A stretch of DNA of 63,983 nucleotides, filler included, from Ionaspis alba (Eukaryota): NCBI GenBank assembly GCA_964255285.1. It is 3 parts of 3 records of this genome, joined end to end, with 100 filler letters (N's around TTAATTAATTAA, not from the genome) between each part and the next. Parts side by side here need not be neighbours in the genome. Positions count along the whole stretch, not along the records: positions 1 to 21,942 come from CAXUUL010000218.1; positions 22,043 to 43,760 come from CAXUUL010000219.1; 1 more part is not named here. One strand, written 5' to 3'. This document shows positions 12,726 to 24,018 of the stretch, in pieces. How positions within the stretch are numbered: the first letter of the stretch is position 1; every line of letters begins with the position of its first letter. The notes under the pieces are model-generated. The model ran no database searches. It saw only the letters and a program-made list of their open reading frames with translations, and had not been told where the DNA came from. The translations under genes were made by a program, and so were the position numbers.

Positions 12726-13792
12726 CTATGCAACCAATTGCATCTCCCCAGGAACGAACGATCCATTCTCGATGGCGGCCCCATGGCCTCTGGCCACATA
12801 TCCATAAGCCGGCATATATCTACTGAGGTGTCAGTACCTGTCGCAGGCTTCCCTCTAAGATTTATGTCCTCATCTCTCAGAGGCTGGAAATGAAGCACTT
12901 ACTGATCCAACCAGGGAAGCACGTCAGCCGATCCTGGCGTGTTGCGCCAATCGCGCATCAGATCACACACAATCGAGAACATGCTGACAAGCTGCACACC
13001 TGCTGCTTGCATGCGCAGGTTGGCTGTTTCGGCGATCAAAGCCGTGGTGGTGCCGCTTGCTTCGACGTTCGCCCAGACGGAATAGCCCTCCGCGCGGAGG
13101 GAGAGTGCTGCGAATGTCGTGCCTTTTTGTGTGCCTTAGTAGGAGCTATATCGGGGAGTGCGGGAACGGGCTCTGGATCGATCCTTACAGACGTCCGTTA
13201 CAATCCCAGCAACCACAATCTGCTTCCTTCCACTCGCTTTTACGGCGGCTCGGAACTCGGCGTTGTCCCAGGCATTGACCTCGCCTTGGCGTTTGATGAC
13301 CGAGGTCTTTGGATACATGGCGAGGATTTCTTTCGGCAATGGTCCGTTTGGTCCTAAGCCAGAGGAACATTTCAGTCAGAGAATGCCTGTTGAACAGGTT
13401 CGAAAAGTGGGAGAACGGTGGATCTGGATTACCTTGCTGAGCGGAAGTCGTCATTACGACTGGAAGGTTGAAGAGCTTGCCGATTGCTGCGTGCGCTAAC
13501 ATGTTGTTGCGGTAGAGGGTTGGATCGAAGTCCCGCACCACATCATAGAGCCCGACCTGGAGGTCCAGGATTACGAGGAGCTGTGAGGAACTGGTGTCAG
13601 AGAGATAGAGATGCAATCGGGTCGGGAAGAAGCTAGTACGCACTGCATCCTTTTTGTCGAGTCTTTCCCAGGGCACCGCTGTTGTCTGGTCAGCTCGAAT
13701 CTGGGTATTAGAGATTGCAGGGTCTTGCCGGAAGAATCAACGATGCCGAGGAGGGCCAAAAGGATTGAGAAGATTGCATAATTGAGCTTCAT
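12726..13792 (-). CDS. Secreted YcaC-like isochorismatase-family hydrolase, multi-exon
   Basis: Signal peptide MKLNYAIFSILLALLGIVDS. Motifs PWERLDK, ILDLQVGL, LPVVMTTSAQQGPNGPLPKEI, RQGEVNAWDN, AGIVTDVC and NVEASGT. The last exon ends PGEMQLVA*. Confidence 0.88.
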
Positions 13793-14561
13793 GATGAGAA
13801 AGTATTACAATCAAGAAATATCTGGTAAATCGGAAGTGGTGTTTTGCTCGTACAACTCTGCCATTTTCAAAGACAAGTAGACTTTATATACCCTTTCTGC
13901 CGGGGAAGCTCTGCCTCGAGAATCTGGTCAGCTCGCTTACAGATAAGTTGGTAAACATCAGACATCGAAGCTAACCATGCCGTACTGTGAATAATCATAT
14001 TGCACATCGTATAGAGTCTGAATACCAAGCCATGAACCGGTTGCGCTTGTCAGGAATCAGCATATAGCAAATCTCTGGAGCGGGGCAGGAGGCTCGAAGC
14101 GAACTCTTGTAGTCATACTATGGTCAGCAAATATGTGCAAGGCATCGCCAGATCTCGCATTCAAGCAATTGACGAGTAAGAGATTGCTAAGACTCATCTA
14201 CGAGATCCCTGGTTTACCAGAAGTGATTAGAGCGTGCTTCTACGGGCTCGCTAGGAAAGGAGTCAAGACCCGAACTTTGCGACTAGATATTGATTATCAT
14301 GCAGACTCGTCACGAGCGATCTCGGAATGGCCTGCAACACCGATGCGAACCATCCCTTTCAAGTTCACGCAGACTAGATTTAGTGAATCTGATTGTGGAG
14401 TACATATTCGAAATAGAGTGTCTTGGAAAATAAAATGATCAAGCTGGGGGCGATATCCAAAGCCCTTCCCAGCAGTGCTCTATGGCTAAATTCCCCGTAG
14501 TTTACCCATACCATACCCCTCGCCATGATGAAATGAAAACAAAAATTCTGTCCACATGTGA

Positions 14562-15959
14562 CTAGACATGCGCCCACCCATTGGAAATCAGAACCTGCAT
14601 CTCATTGATCAGACACTGAGTGCCAGGTTCACGACGAGCAGCCTCATGACGTGCCGCGCCCTTCTTGCGCCAATTTTCTAGTCGTCTGTTCACAACCCAC
14701 GCTTTGTGAAAGGTGAAGGTGAACCACCGGCGAAGGCGGTTCTTCCAGATGCCTTTGATCCGTTCCAAAGTTGGAGGCCAGAGTTCTGGTGGGGTGTGCA
14801 CTGCGTTGTATGCGTCAAGGTGGTACCCAACTCGCACGTCTGGATTCAGCCATACTCCGCGTGACTGTGTCAACGGATTATCGGCATGGATAAGACAGCA
14901 TTCGGATCCCTCCAAATGATATTCCGCGAGTGAATCGGGAATGCCTCGAAATTGAAGGGGTGGGGCTTTGTTGTAGAATGGTTCTGCATCAAATGCCACT
15001 ATGTAGACAGGAAATCAACTACTGACTCCCATCGCCTGTTGCAATATGCGGAAACTAAATTGACGTACCAATGCCATTCCAGCAGCTTGTCACAGGAACA
15101 GGATGCCCACGTATCATGGCATTGCGAGATGCACTTGACCTAAAGTAAGGGAATGTTGGCATGACTGCTTCATGCCCAGTGGAATCTCTCAATGCAAAGG
15201 TATCATAGTAGTTGGGGGGCTTCATGAAATCCAAAGAGCATGCCGCCGCGTAATCACCGTCTCGAGTATCCAAAAGAGTCATGATATCCTGTGTCTATGG
15301 GTTATGGTTAGCATTCAGAGCGAGCTCTTAAGAGGAATGATTGGACTAATACTTACGGTAAATGCAACGTCGTTTAGAAAGAGCACCTTATCGAACCTGG
15401 TCCCGTTATCGGCAAGTTCGATCATTGGCTTCAATGTAAGATTTCTTAATCTTGATAGAAAGGGGATTCGCCGCAGCTCTTTTCTACCTCTAGGAGTATC
15501 GATCCACCCCGATTGGGAAGGCGTTTTGGTGATCTCGTCCTCATGGGTAGTCTCATCGAGTACAATAGTGCGGTGAACTCCAAGAATTGATAGTTCTTTA
15601 TCGAGTTGTTTGAGGGCATCTTTGGAATTGTCCCAACTTCCACTCTCATAGACAGACACATAGAGATTGTCTGGTCCGACATGATGTGCCAAGTCTACAA
15701 CGGCCTTGTTCCAGAACCCTCGTAGCGCAGGTTCGTTGTTCCAGTGTGTACTAGAGATGAAAAGTTTGGAAGAAGTCTTCGCTAGGGAACGATGCTGCTG
15801 TGAAGCCTGGCTAGAGAAATTCCAGACAAAGAAAATCGAATCGAAGGCCGCTGCGATGATAAATGCAAAAAAGATTAATCGAAGCAGACGGGATCGAGTA
15901 GAGCGACGGCGCAATAAACGGGGCATGACAGATATAAATTCATCCAAAATTGATTTCAT
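14562..15959 (-). CDS. CAP59/CMT1-like alpha-1,3-mannosyltransferase (GT69), type II membrane protein, 3 exons; start may be the second Met (~15926)
   Basis: N-terminal TM helix. Motifs VSVYESGSWD, RRIPFLSRLRNLTL, VLFLNDV, AACSLDF, YYDTFALRD, SCWNG and EGSECCLIHAD. Confidence 0.9.
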
Positions 15960-16996
15960 TCTTTATGCAAAGTAGATACTCCATGGCACTTCTTTTCAGC
16001 AACTGGAAGACGCCACAGCTGTATCGTGAGCTCCTCCGAAGGAATACATTGAAAGATCTGTAACAGTATTGTTGCGTAAAAGAAGCTGCCTTGTGCCGTC
16101 TGCTATTTCTGCCTAAAAGCACGAGAATAAAGATTGTTTCAGGGGTATAGCTGACACAGTTCTGGGCGTTTGTGGACGATTGGCCGCTCGGAAGTATCGG
16201 CCCGACGGCACTAGCGGGTAATGCTAATCTTAGAGGCTGACAGGGAGAGCTACGCGTCTGCAGCGGCACTGAAACTTCACACATCCAACAAAAGAAGGAT
16301 GGGGCATTCGATCCAGTTGCAGTACACACTCTCTACAGCGCAACACCCTCATGTACCTCACTGTCCCAATCATGAAAGGGTGATGCCGTTGCGAGATGGA
16401 GGTACTGACGCATTCCCCTATCGCGGGAGCGGCTGGGAGGGTGCCGATGGAGGCGGTTTTTGTGGCACAATTGATATTTGCTGCCCTGTGATTTGCTGAA
16501 GAAGTGCATTCTGCAGCCACGATCACAGCAGATGTCTCGAATCCCTGTGGGGATGGGTGAGCAAAGCCTTCGCAGAGATGATGCTGCAAGATCCCGCGCC
16601 TGTGTTTCTGCATCCTCCGATGTACTTTGTGTTCTATTCCAGCCTTGTGTTCCTCGAGTCTTTCTAGCAATATTCTTCGTCAGCCTCCCAATGCGCTCTT
16701 TGCTTTGGTCGAAGAACAATGAAGATCTTTCTGTAAGATATGAAGTCTTCATGATTGAGAAAGTCTGAATTGCTCTCTTTTCCTCGTTTTCGGTACCGTT
16801 TTGTTTTATCAATCATGTCCTCAGCGAAAGTTCATCTGTTGAGCCCCTACAATAGAGCAGGTGCACCCTTGACCCGGCGCAACGACTGGTAAGAGATCCA
16901 AGGTCCGAACAAATACTACTACTCAAGCATGTAGCTTCCTAACACCTCTGTCTTCCGTTCCTACAGTCATTTGTTCAATAATGACTACACTGGCTA

Positions 16997-19195
16997 ATGG
17001 AAAACCTTTCAAACAGGTCGAGCGATGCCAGTGGAATGCCACTGGTTTCAGATGCGAGATATACTCCTCGGTCTACATTCGAGAAGATATGTCGTGCAGC
17101 TGGTCTTAGTGGCCCGTACTTCGCATGGCGCCAGCGTGGAAAGCGCCCTGGAAAGGCCTTCGAAGGTCGAAAGATTGCGCTCTATGGAGATCGCACATCA
17201 GCTGCTCTCTCGGCCCTCATTCACGTGCTTCCTGTTGGTGCTAGCCTTGCGATTGTGTCACTCAATCTACGAAAGCACTACATCGGGGGCGAGCTCGCAG
17301 GTCTTTCGGGCCAGGACAACGAAAAATTCGCCGGCTTACAGCTAGCAGCAAAACTTCATGAATTGCTGATTAATGCATCTTTGGCGTCTATTCTGTGGTC
17401 ATATATCCGGTATCAGATAGCACTTGGTAGCGGTTTACCATTTGGTGCTGTTTTTGCCGGTCTTCAATTCAAAGATTTGAGTTTCTTATGGTCCAGCGAA
17501 TTTTGGGGTGCTGCTCGTGCTCGATTCTCTCATCCAAAGCAGCGATGGATCTTACTCACATTGATTACTATCTTCACATTGCTTGGCCTGAGTGTTGGAC
17601 CGTCGAGTGCGAACATCCTTAAACCTCGCCTTGATTGGTGGGAAGCCGGAGGGACAACTTTTTGGATGAATGCTACGTTCGATGACCTTTTCCCTCGCCA
17701 TTATACAGGGTCTCAAGTATCACCATCTTGCGCGATCGATACAGGTGACGCGAGCTGTCCGTCTGGAAATTGGGAGATAATAGGCCAAAACTATTTATCT
17801 CACTGGACGCATTTTCGTGCAGATAGTCTTGAGGACGCGATTCCAGAAGTTATGTACGTCTCCGGGGTTAGATCTGTGCGAGCCTTGCAGGTGAAAGGCC
17901 GAAGTCCCTTCGAACTGTATCCACATGATTTTGCCTGGGCTTCTGTGCCGTACTCTGCACTTGGTGATGGCATTGCCGAGATTGGAAGATTCTGGTCAAA
18001 TGCGGCCTTGCGTACCACGAAGAACGGTTGGCGGTTCAACTCTCGAATAGATGCTGTTTATCAAGTATCCGCCACACAACCTGTTGTGCATGTTCGCTGC
18101 AGACAAAGCGATTGGCCAAATCCCGAAAGTGGCAGCAATACAACCGACTACTCTTTAGGCTTTTACAATCTTGCCGACACGGAAATGTACATGAATCCAT
18201 ACGGCCATGAATTTCCTGTCGTAGATTACCACAACGATTCCTTAACTCCTGTTATCTTGGAGGCTTTCAATACTTCAAGTCCGTCTCTATTCTGGATCGA
18301 TCTCCCCGGGGACAAGTTTGGCAACGCGTCGATCGGTGTAGCTGTGGTTGTTCCATCCCAGAACAATGCCACAGCTGCCTTGAATCTTTGCGCTGTGGAC
18401 GCCCGTATAGGTCCAGATGATATACAGAGTAGCAGGGGCCATTTGAGATACGTCACAGATGTGCTGAACAATGACGAACCCGTTAAGATCACCAAATCTT
18501 GGTCTACACTACCCATTGATGCAGCGTGGGCGAGCTATTTGTTCCCCAACGATCCCACACTCAATCGTTCTGTCTTCGATCGACTACTGGTCGCCGCCGG
18601 GATTTGGAATTTCACTTCAGTTTCTCCATTTGGTGTGAAGAATGTGCCGTATATACTAGAAACTTTGTTCGCGGCTTCCATCGCCAATGGTTTGTCTCGT
18701 GTAAACTACAACACCACTCTTGCGGGACAATTGAAAGAGCCTTATGACGAGTGGCAACGTCAAATGATGCCAGTAGGGAGTTACATCGGACCGGGCGGGG
18801 ACGCTTTCGAACTTAGAGATCAGTCACCAGACTCCGTTACGAAGTTTACCGCACAAGTCACGGTCAACGGCTATGCTTACAGTATGGATGGCTTCACAAC
18901 CTGGGGATCGGTATTGATTCTTCTGATTTATTGCACACTCGCGATTAGCCATATCGTCTACCTGCTCTGGTCCGGCATCAGTTCCGGTAGCTGGGACACC
19001 ATCTCCGAGATCACGACCCTTGCCATGAACTCGAAGAGAACGGATGTCCTACACAATACAGGTGCTGGCATCGATACAATTGCAGTGTTCCAGGAGAATG
19101 TTCAAGTCATGGCAAGGGGCGAGCATCTTGAGTTTGTGTTTCAGGATCCGAGTCCTGGTATGGATAGGGTTGAGAAGGACGTTCCTTACAGTTGA
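16997..19195 (+). CDS. Intronless 732-aa fungal membrane protein of unknown function (N-terminal TM helices, large N-glycosylated luminal domain, C-terminal TM)
   Basis: Long ORF with hydrophobic segments (HVLPVGASLAIVSLN, LQLAAKLHELLI, LLGLSVGPSSA, VLILLIYCTLAISHIV), many NxS/T sequons and a C-terminal SWDTISEITTLAMNS motif. Confidence 0.8.
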   Translation: MENLSNRSSDASGMPLVSDARYTPRSTFEKICRAAGLSGPYFAWRQRGKRPGKAFEGRKIALYGDRTSAALSALIHVLPVGASLAIVSLNLRKHYIGGELAGLSGQDNEKFAGLQLAAKLHELLINASLASILWSYIRYQIALGSGLPFGAVFAGLQFKDLSFLWSSEFWGAARARFSHPKQRWILLTLITIFTLLGLSVGPSSANILKPRLDWWEAGGTTFWMNATFDDLFPRHYTGSQVSPSCAIDTGDASCPSGNWEIIGQNYLSHWTHFRADSLEDAIPEVMYVSGVRSVRALQVKGRSPFELYPHDFAWASVPYSALGDGIAEIGRFWSNAALRTTKNGWRFNSRIDAVYQVSATQPVVHVRCRQSDWPNPESGSNTTDYSLGFYNLADTEMYMNPYGHEFPVVDYHNDSLTPVILEAFNTSSPSLFWIDLPGDKFGNASIGVAVVVPSQNNATAALNLCAVDARIGPDDIQSSRGHLRYVTDVLNNDEPVKITKSWSTLPIDAAWASYLFPNDPTLNRSVFDRLLVAAGIWNFTSVSPFGVKNVPYILETLFAASIANGLSRVNYNTTLAGQLKEPYDEWQRQMMPVGSYIGPGGDAFELRDQSPDSVTKFTAQVTVNGYAYSMDGFTTWGSVLILLIYCTLAISHIVYLLWSGISSGSWDTISEITTLAMNSKRTDVLHNTGAGIDTIAVFQENVQVMARGEHLEFVFQDPSPGMDRVEKDVPYS

Positions 19196-19642
19196 ATTTG
19201 GCACCGATATATGGCGTTGGGGAGTGGAACTGGAGGGTAAGACATAGGCTTGGATGTATGGGTCACGGATGAAAAATGGATATAGATTACGAGTCATGAC
19301 GGCGACTGGACTCTGCTTTCTGCTGTGTTATTTTCAGTCATCGAGTATGGCAGCCGAAGGAACATGCTATGTACCATAGTTAACCAGAAAATCTTACAGA
19401 AGCGTCACACAGAGTTGAGAAGTGTTTATGATGGTTCAAGAACATATTTTCCTTTCAAGCACTCAGGCCTCGGTCGTAATCCACAACATTGTATTGGCAA
19501 CAACTCTCAACACACTTTACTCTTACTCCTTTGACTTGCAGCTGTATCGCTGTCAGTCCGGGAGTGGAACGAAGTGAGGTACACTTCATATTCAAATAGC
19601 ATCGACGTTGAGTAAAATATTAGGAATGCCTCGATTCATCGT

Positions 19643-21322
19643 TCAATTATAGCAATACTGCTTAAAACAGGCAGCACAAGCGGCTGGTAGCGTCCCGCCG
19701 GCTTTCTTCACAATACCACACCCTAGACACGTCGCCCACTGCGGATCGCCCCCTTTGCTAGCAATCTGTACTCCATTCGCGATCATCCCTAAACCTCGTC
19801 AGCACAGTCCCTGCGCCCCCCCCCTTGTAACAGAGCCACAGCATCACATACCTCTGGTTTCATCCGGAAAATACTGCAGCTTGGCCGTCGGCTGGTTACT
19901 CGGATACGTATAATTCACATTCGGCAAATACACAATCGTAATCTTCGCATTATCATTACACCCGAAGAACGTCGGCCGTTTGTTCAAGCCCTGGCTGATG
20001 AACGTCTCCACGGACGGGATCACCGGCATGCGCGTGAGCCCCGCATTCAATGATTGCACATATGTCGTCAGGATCTCGCTACCGTTGGGGAAGTTGTTTG
20101 AATCCGCAGAATTGTCGTTCACGATCATGACGTCCACGCCGCGAGCAGGCTGCAGCATTGGGAAGATGGGATTGTTTTGCAGTGCCTCACCGCCATCCAC
20201 GAGGGAGAGTTCTTTCTGGGCAGACACGAGCGACGACCGTGGGTAGTTGTAGAAGGGATTGGGGTAGATGGCGTATTCATCGCGGGTGCCTATCGAGTGT
20301 GCGGCTGTGAGGATGGTGGAAAGGATGCCGGTCAAGCCCGTGGTCATGTTCGTCGAGGATGGAGCGGCTACACAGGCTTCGTTGAAGAGAGAGCTCGATG
20401 TTCCGAGCGCGTATCCAAGGTTGTCGTAGTTCACGATGCAGGATCCTGTGGTTGGCTGGCCGTTGCTGAGTGCTGAACCTAGGTATTTGCTTGGGGTGAA
20501 GGCACTGACGCCTTGATCCCAGCTGCCGAACTCGAAGGGAGTCAATTCATAGGTTGTGGCATTTGGACCTGGAAGACATTCCCCATTGAAGGTTTTCACA
20601 CCAAGACCGGTGATGATGGGGTAAGGCGTATTGTGCTCTGTGAAGTTGGATTGGCTAGTGAGTCCAGAGAGGGTCTTGGCTACGCCTCCATCGGGACCAT
20701 AGAGAAGTTGGTATGACAGTAGTCTTCCCCACGGATCCGTCAACGTTGGCGGAAATCCTGCGGTCTGTTTTGCTTTGATGTCGTTCGTAATCTCGACATA
20801 GGCCGGTGCTGCGAGCAGGAAATTTGGGAGAAGAAGACTTTCTTGGAAGGCCTGGATCCACAGATTGTCTCGTAGAGACGAGATCGTGGGATAGTTGTTG
20901 CCCGCGAAGGAGGAGAGCAGCCATGCTCCGCCTGACAATCCAGCCTGGTATGTCATTCCCTGGAAAAGCCCACTCGTACTAACATTGCTATCTCGTACAT
21001 CAAATCCCTGGATCACGCCTGCACCGCAGAGGAGAGATCGATACCCGCCTCCGCTGGTTGTCAATGCCACCGTGGGCAACTTGCTTGCGTTGAAACCGGC
21101 ATTGGTCTTCTGGAGCCAAGCCTTGAGTGCCTGTGAAGCCTTGGCCTTTCGCGCCGTCAGGAAAGCCGCCTCTGGTGAAGATAATCTAGTCGCCGGCCGT
21201 ACTAGAGGCGTCGCTGGACAGGCTGCTGGGTGAGGAGCATATCCGGAGGGTAGGACTTGGCGCAACGTTAAAGCGGAAGACACGGAAATGAAGAGCGCAC
21301 AAATTACCCAAAATGAAAACAT
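19643..21322 (-). CDS. PLB: Secreted lysophospholipase / phospholipase B; one intron near the 3' end
   Basis: Signal peptide. Motifs SGGGYRS, GLSGGAW (catalytic Ser), PFEFGSWD, GTSSSLFN and LVDGGE. Last exon CLGCGI...CAACFKQYCYN*; no GPI tail. Confidence 0.93.
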
Positions 21323-21942
21323 GATAGAACGAAACGTAGGTGTGCAAAGTCTGGCACCACTATCCAAGACCTAGATCCCATCTCAACGGCAGGAGATCCC
21401 ATCTTAATATGTCTCTTGCGTCCCTAGTCTCCAGCCAAGAGGAAAGCAGTCTCTGCGACGTCGATCTGCTCTTGGTTTCGTCGTGTAGACGGTATGACGA
21501 CGTTGGACATGGATGGATTGGGTTGAGGCTGCGAGACAGGGATACACGTGGAGGCAGGGTTGGTCGATGGTCGCCTCCGGCCTTGCGGAGAGAACTCCAG
21601 TGCCTGTGGTACTTTGCTCCATGGGGAAAGTTGATGGAACCTTGGAGGTGAGCTAGTCCAGCGGAGAAGGCGTCTTGCAAGCGTGGGCTCACAATGCGCC
21701 CCGATTGGGCTCACAGCGTATGTAGCATAAGTAGTGAACCCGGTCCGAGACTTTTGCCATCTGGTCTTGCGGCTGCGCCCTTGCAGAGGGATGATCAATA
21801 GAACTTGCGGAGAATGCATGCAACGCGCACTTTTGACAGGTTACCGTTCATTATTGCATTTAATGCGTAGAAGATCGCCTGTCCTATTTTTGGTCTGCCT
21901 CCCAGCCCTTAACGCCGTCCAATTACCGAGAGTCTCAGGGCC

Positions 21943-22042
21943 NNNNNNNNNNNNNNNNNNNNNNNNNNNNNNNNNNNNNNNNNNNNTTAATTAATTAANN
22001 NNNNNNNNNNNNNNNNNNNNNNNNNNNNNNNNNNNNNNNNNN
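21943..22042. other. Artificial contig-join linker (44 N + TTAATTAATTAA + 44 N)
   Basis: A six-frame stop linker embedded in Ns. DBP7 is cut here and does not resume on the other side. Confidence 0.9.
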
Positions 22043-23533
22043 GGGGAGGATGGTGGAAAGGGGAGGAGCGGCGGGTTTTGGTGGGGTGGTTGAGGAGGTG
22101 GAAGGTTTGGAGGACGTGGAACTGGAAGTGGAAGGAGTTTCCGAGGGTGTGGGTTGCCGCGCAAAGACTTCGAAGTGGAAATCTACGCTGTCGGCACAGG
22201 ACAGGAAGACGATCGCCTTCGTGACGGACCCTTTCCGGGCGAAAGAGCGTTGGAGGAGGGCGGCGAGCGTGACGAGGCGTTGTTTGGCAGGGGCTAGGAT
22301 ATAGGACTGCTTTAGCTGGGCGGGGGCCGAGAATGGCTTCTCCTTCTCATCTTCTTCCATGTTGTTCTCCGGTGAGGCTTCCACTTTGATGTGCACCGCA
22401 TCCTTGAGACTGATGTCCCCAAGCCGCTGCACGTTCATCTTCATCGTCGCCGAGCACAACACCGTTGTCCTGCGCAGCGGCAAGCCCGGAATAGGCTTCG
22501 CCGTCGACGAGCGTCCACGCTCTTCGAGCTTTGTCACTATTCCGCGAATCTCCTCTTCAAAACCTAATTCCATGAGCCGATCGCCCTCATCAAGCACCAG
22601 CCATCGAACTCTGCTCACATCGAGCACTTCTGTATGCGCCAAATGATCTGCTAGTCTGCCCGGTGTCGCAACCAGGATGTTCAGTCCCTTCCGCAACCGC
22701 GCTTTTTCCGACTTCTTCTTTTCGCCTCCGATTACCGTGCCGGCTACGATCCAGTGTGCGCATCGTAGGAGGGTGTCAAGAACGACGAATATTTGTTTGC
22801 AGAGTTCTCGTGTGGGCGCGAGAATGATGGCGAAGAGACCTGAGTCCCGGTGGACTTGGGCTTCTCCTTCACTGCCTCTGTCCACTTCTTTGTCTATAGT
22901 TTGTGGAGGCTTCTTGGAAAGGGTCATGATACGCTGTACGATTGGCAGGAGATAAGCAAGGGTCTTTCCGGACCCGGTCTCGGCTTGAATGAAGGCATCG
23001 GAGTCTTCGGCAATAAGTTGCGTTATAGTCGCCTTTTGGATGGCGGTGGGGGATTTGAGATTGAGTTTTGTGAGGAGATGCGTCGCGAGAGTGGGCGAGA
23101 GGCCGAGCGAAGTGAAGGTTGAGAGGCCATCGAGGAGAGGCGCATTGGAAGGGATGGTTGGGGTGGAATCTTCAACCACGGGCTGTGACGTGGGAAGCGA
23201 GCTGGTTGGGTTGGAAGTAAAGAGGGAGGAGATGACTTCGTGTTGGGGTTTGGAGGATGTGATCTTGTTTGGAGGAGCTGGCACCGTTTTCTGCCGCTTC
23301 GATGGTCGTTCAGAAGTCTCGATAGGGTTCAGAGCTTTTGTAGGTGCATAGCCATTAGTAGTCGAGCTCAATGGCAGAGTGGTTGCTCCGCCGGTGGGGT
23401 ATTTTCGTGAACGGTTCTGAGCGGTTTTCTTTGCCTTCAGCCGATCTTTCCAACGGCCGCCTCTGAAGACTGCTGAGGAACTGAGAAGACCATCGGCTAG
23501 CGAAAAGTTCATCAACATCCCGTCGTCCGCCAT
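22043..23533 (-). CDS. DBP7: ATP-dependent DEAD-box RNA helicase Dbp7, 3'-truncated by the contig end
   Basis: Starts MADDGMLMNF. Motifs GGRWKDRL, AETGSGKT, APTRELC, GGEKKKSEKARLRKGLNILVATPGRLADH, DEGDRL, SAT and FSAPAQLKQ. Confidence 0.95.
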
Positions 23534-24018
23534 TTCGTGCGCTCACCTTTCACTCTTGCAGGAAAAAATTCGAACACCGAGACACCAACCGAAGTGTCCA
23601 ATCTTTTGGTTGGCTTCGCGTGTGAGGATAGATAGAGCTCGAACTTTTTTTAGGCGAGCGCAGGGATGATGCTCGGCTTATTCTGATGGGGAGTGCACGG
23701 GCCATAATCTAACTTCTACTCCTACTCGAAACGGCGACCTCAAGGCAAGTATGGAAAGCTTCTATCACAAATCATGATAGATGTAGGAAGTGCTTCGCTA
23801 CTATGAATCTTCTCGTTGCTCAACTTTCTTCGAGGTGAAGATACCAAACAGTTATTCGGAGCTGGATTCCAGGCTTCAACATTGATCAAAGTTCAAGCAA
23901 CAGGTTGAACATGCTAGTAGCCGAGGATCATTGGGTATAATCTGCTAATGAAGAGCCTTCTTAGCTGAACGAGATGCCTGTCACATCCAGCTATTCTGCA
24001 TTATCTATCCTCTGTCCA

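Noticed and set aside
16221..16812. Overlapping 90-160-aa ORFs between the GT69 and membrane-protein genes
   Set aside because: No motifs or consistent splice structure; probably chance ORFs in a divergent promoter.
21340..21942. Possible continuation of DBP7 beyond the linker
   Set aside because: No helicase C-terminal motifs in any frame; this is the PLB upstream region on a different contig.
21987..21998. TTAATTAATTAA palindrome (also at 43805-43816) as a piggyBac-like target site or regulatory motif
   Set aside because: It is centred in Ns, has stops in all six frames and cuts genes, so it is an artificial linker. Gene adjacency across it is not meaningful.
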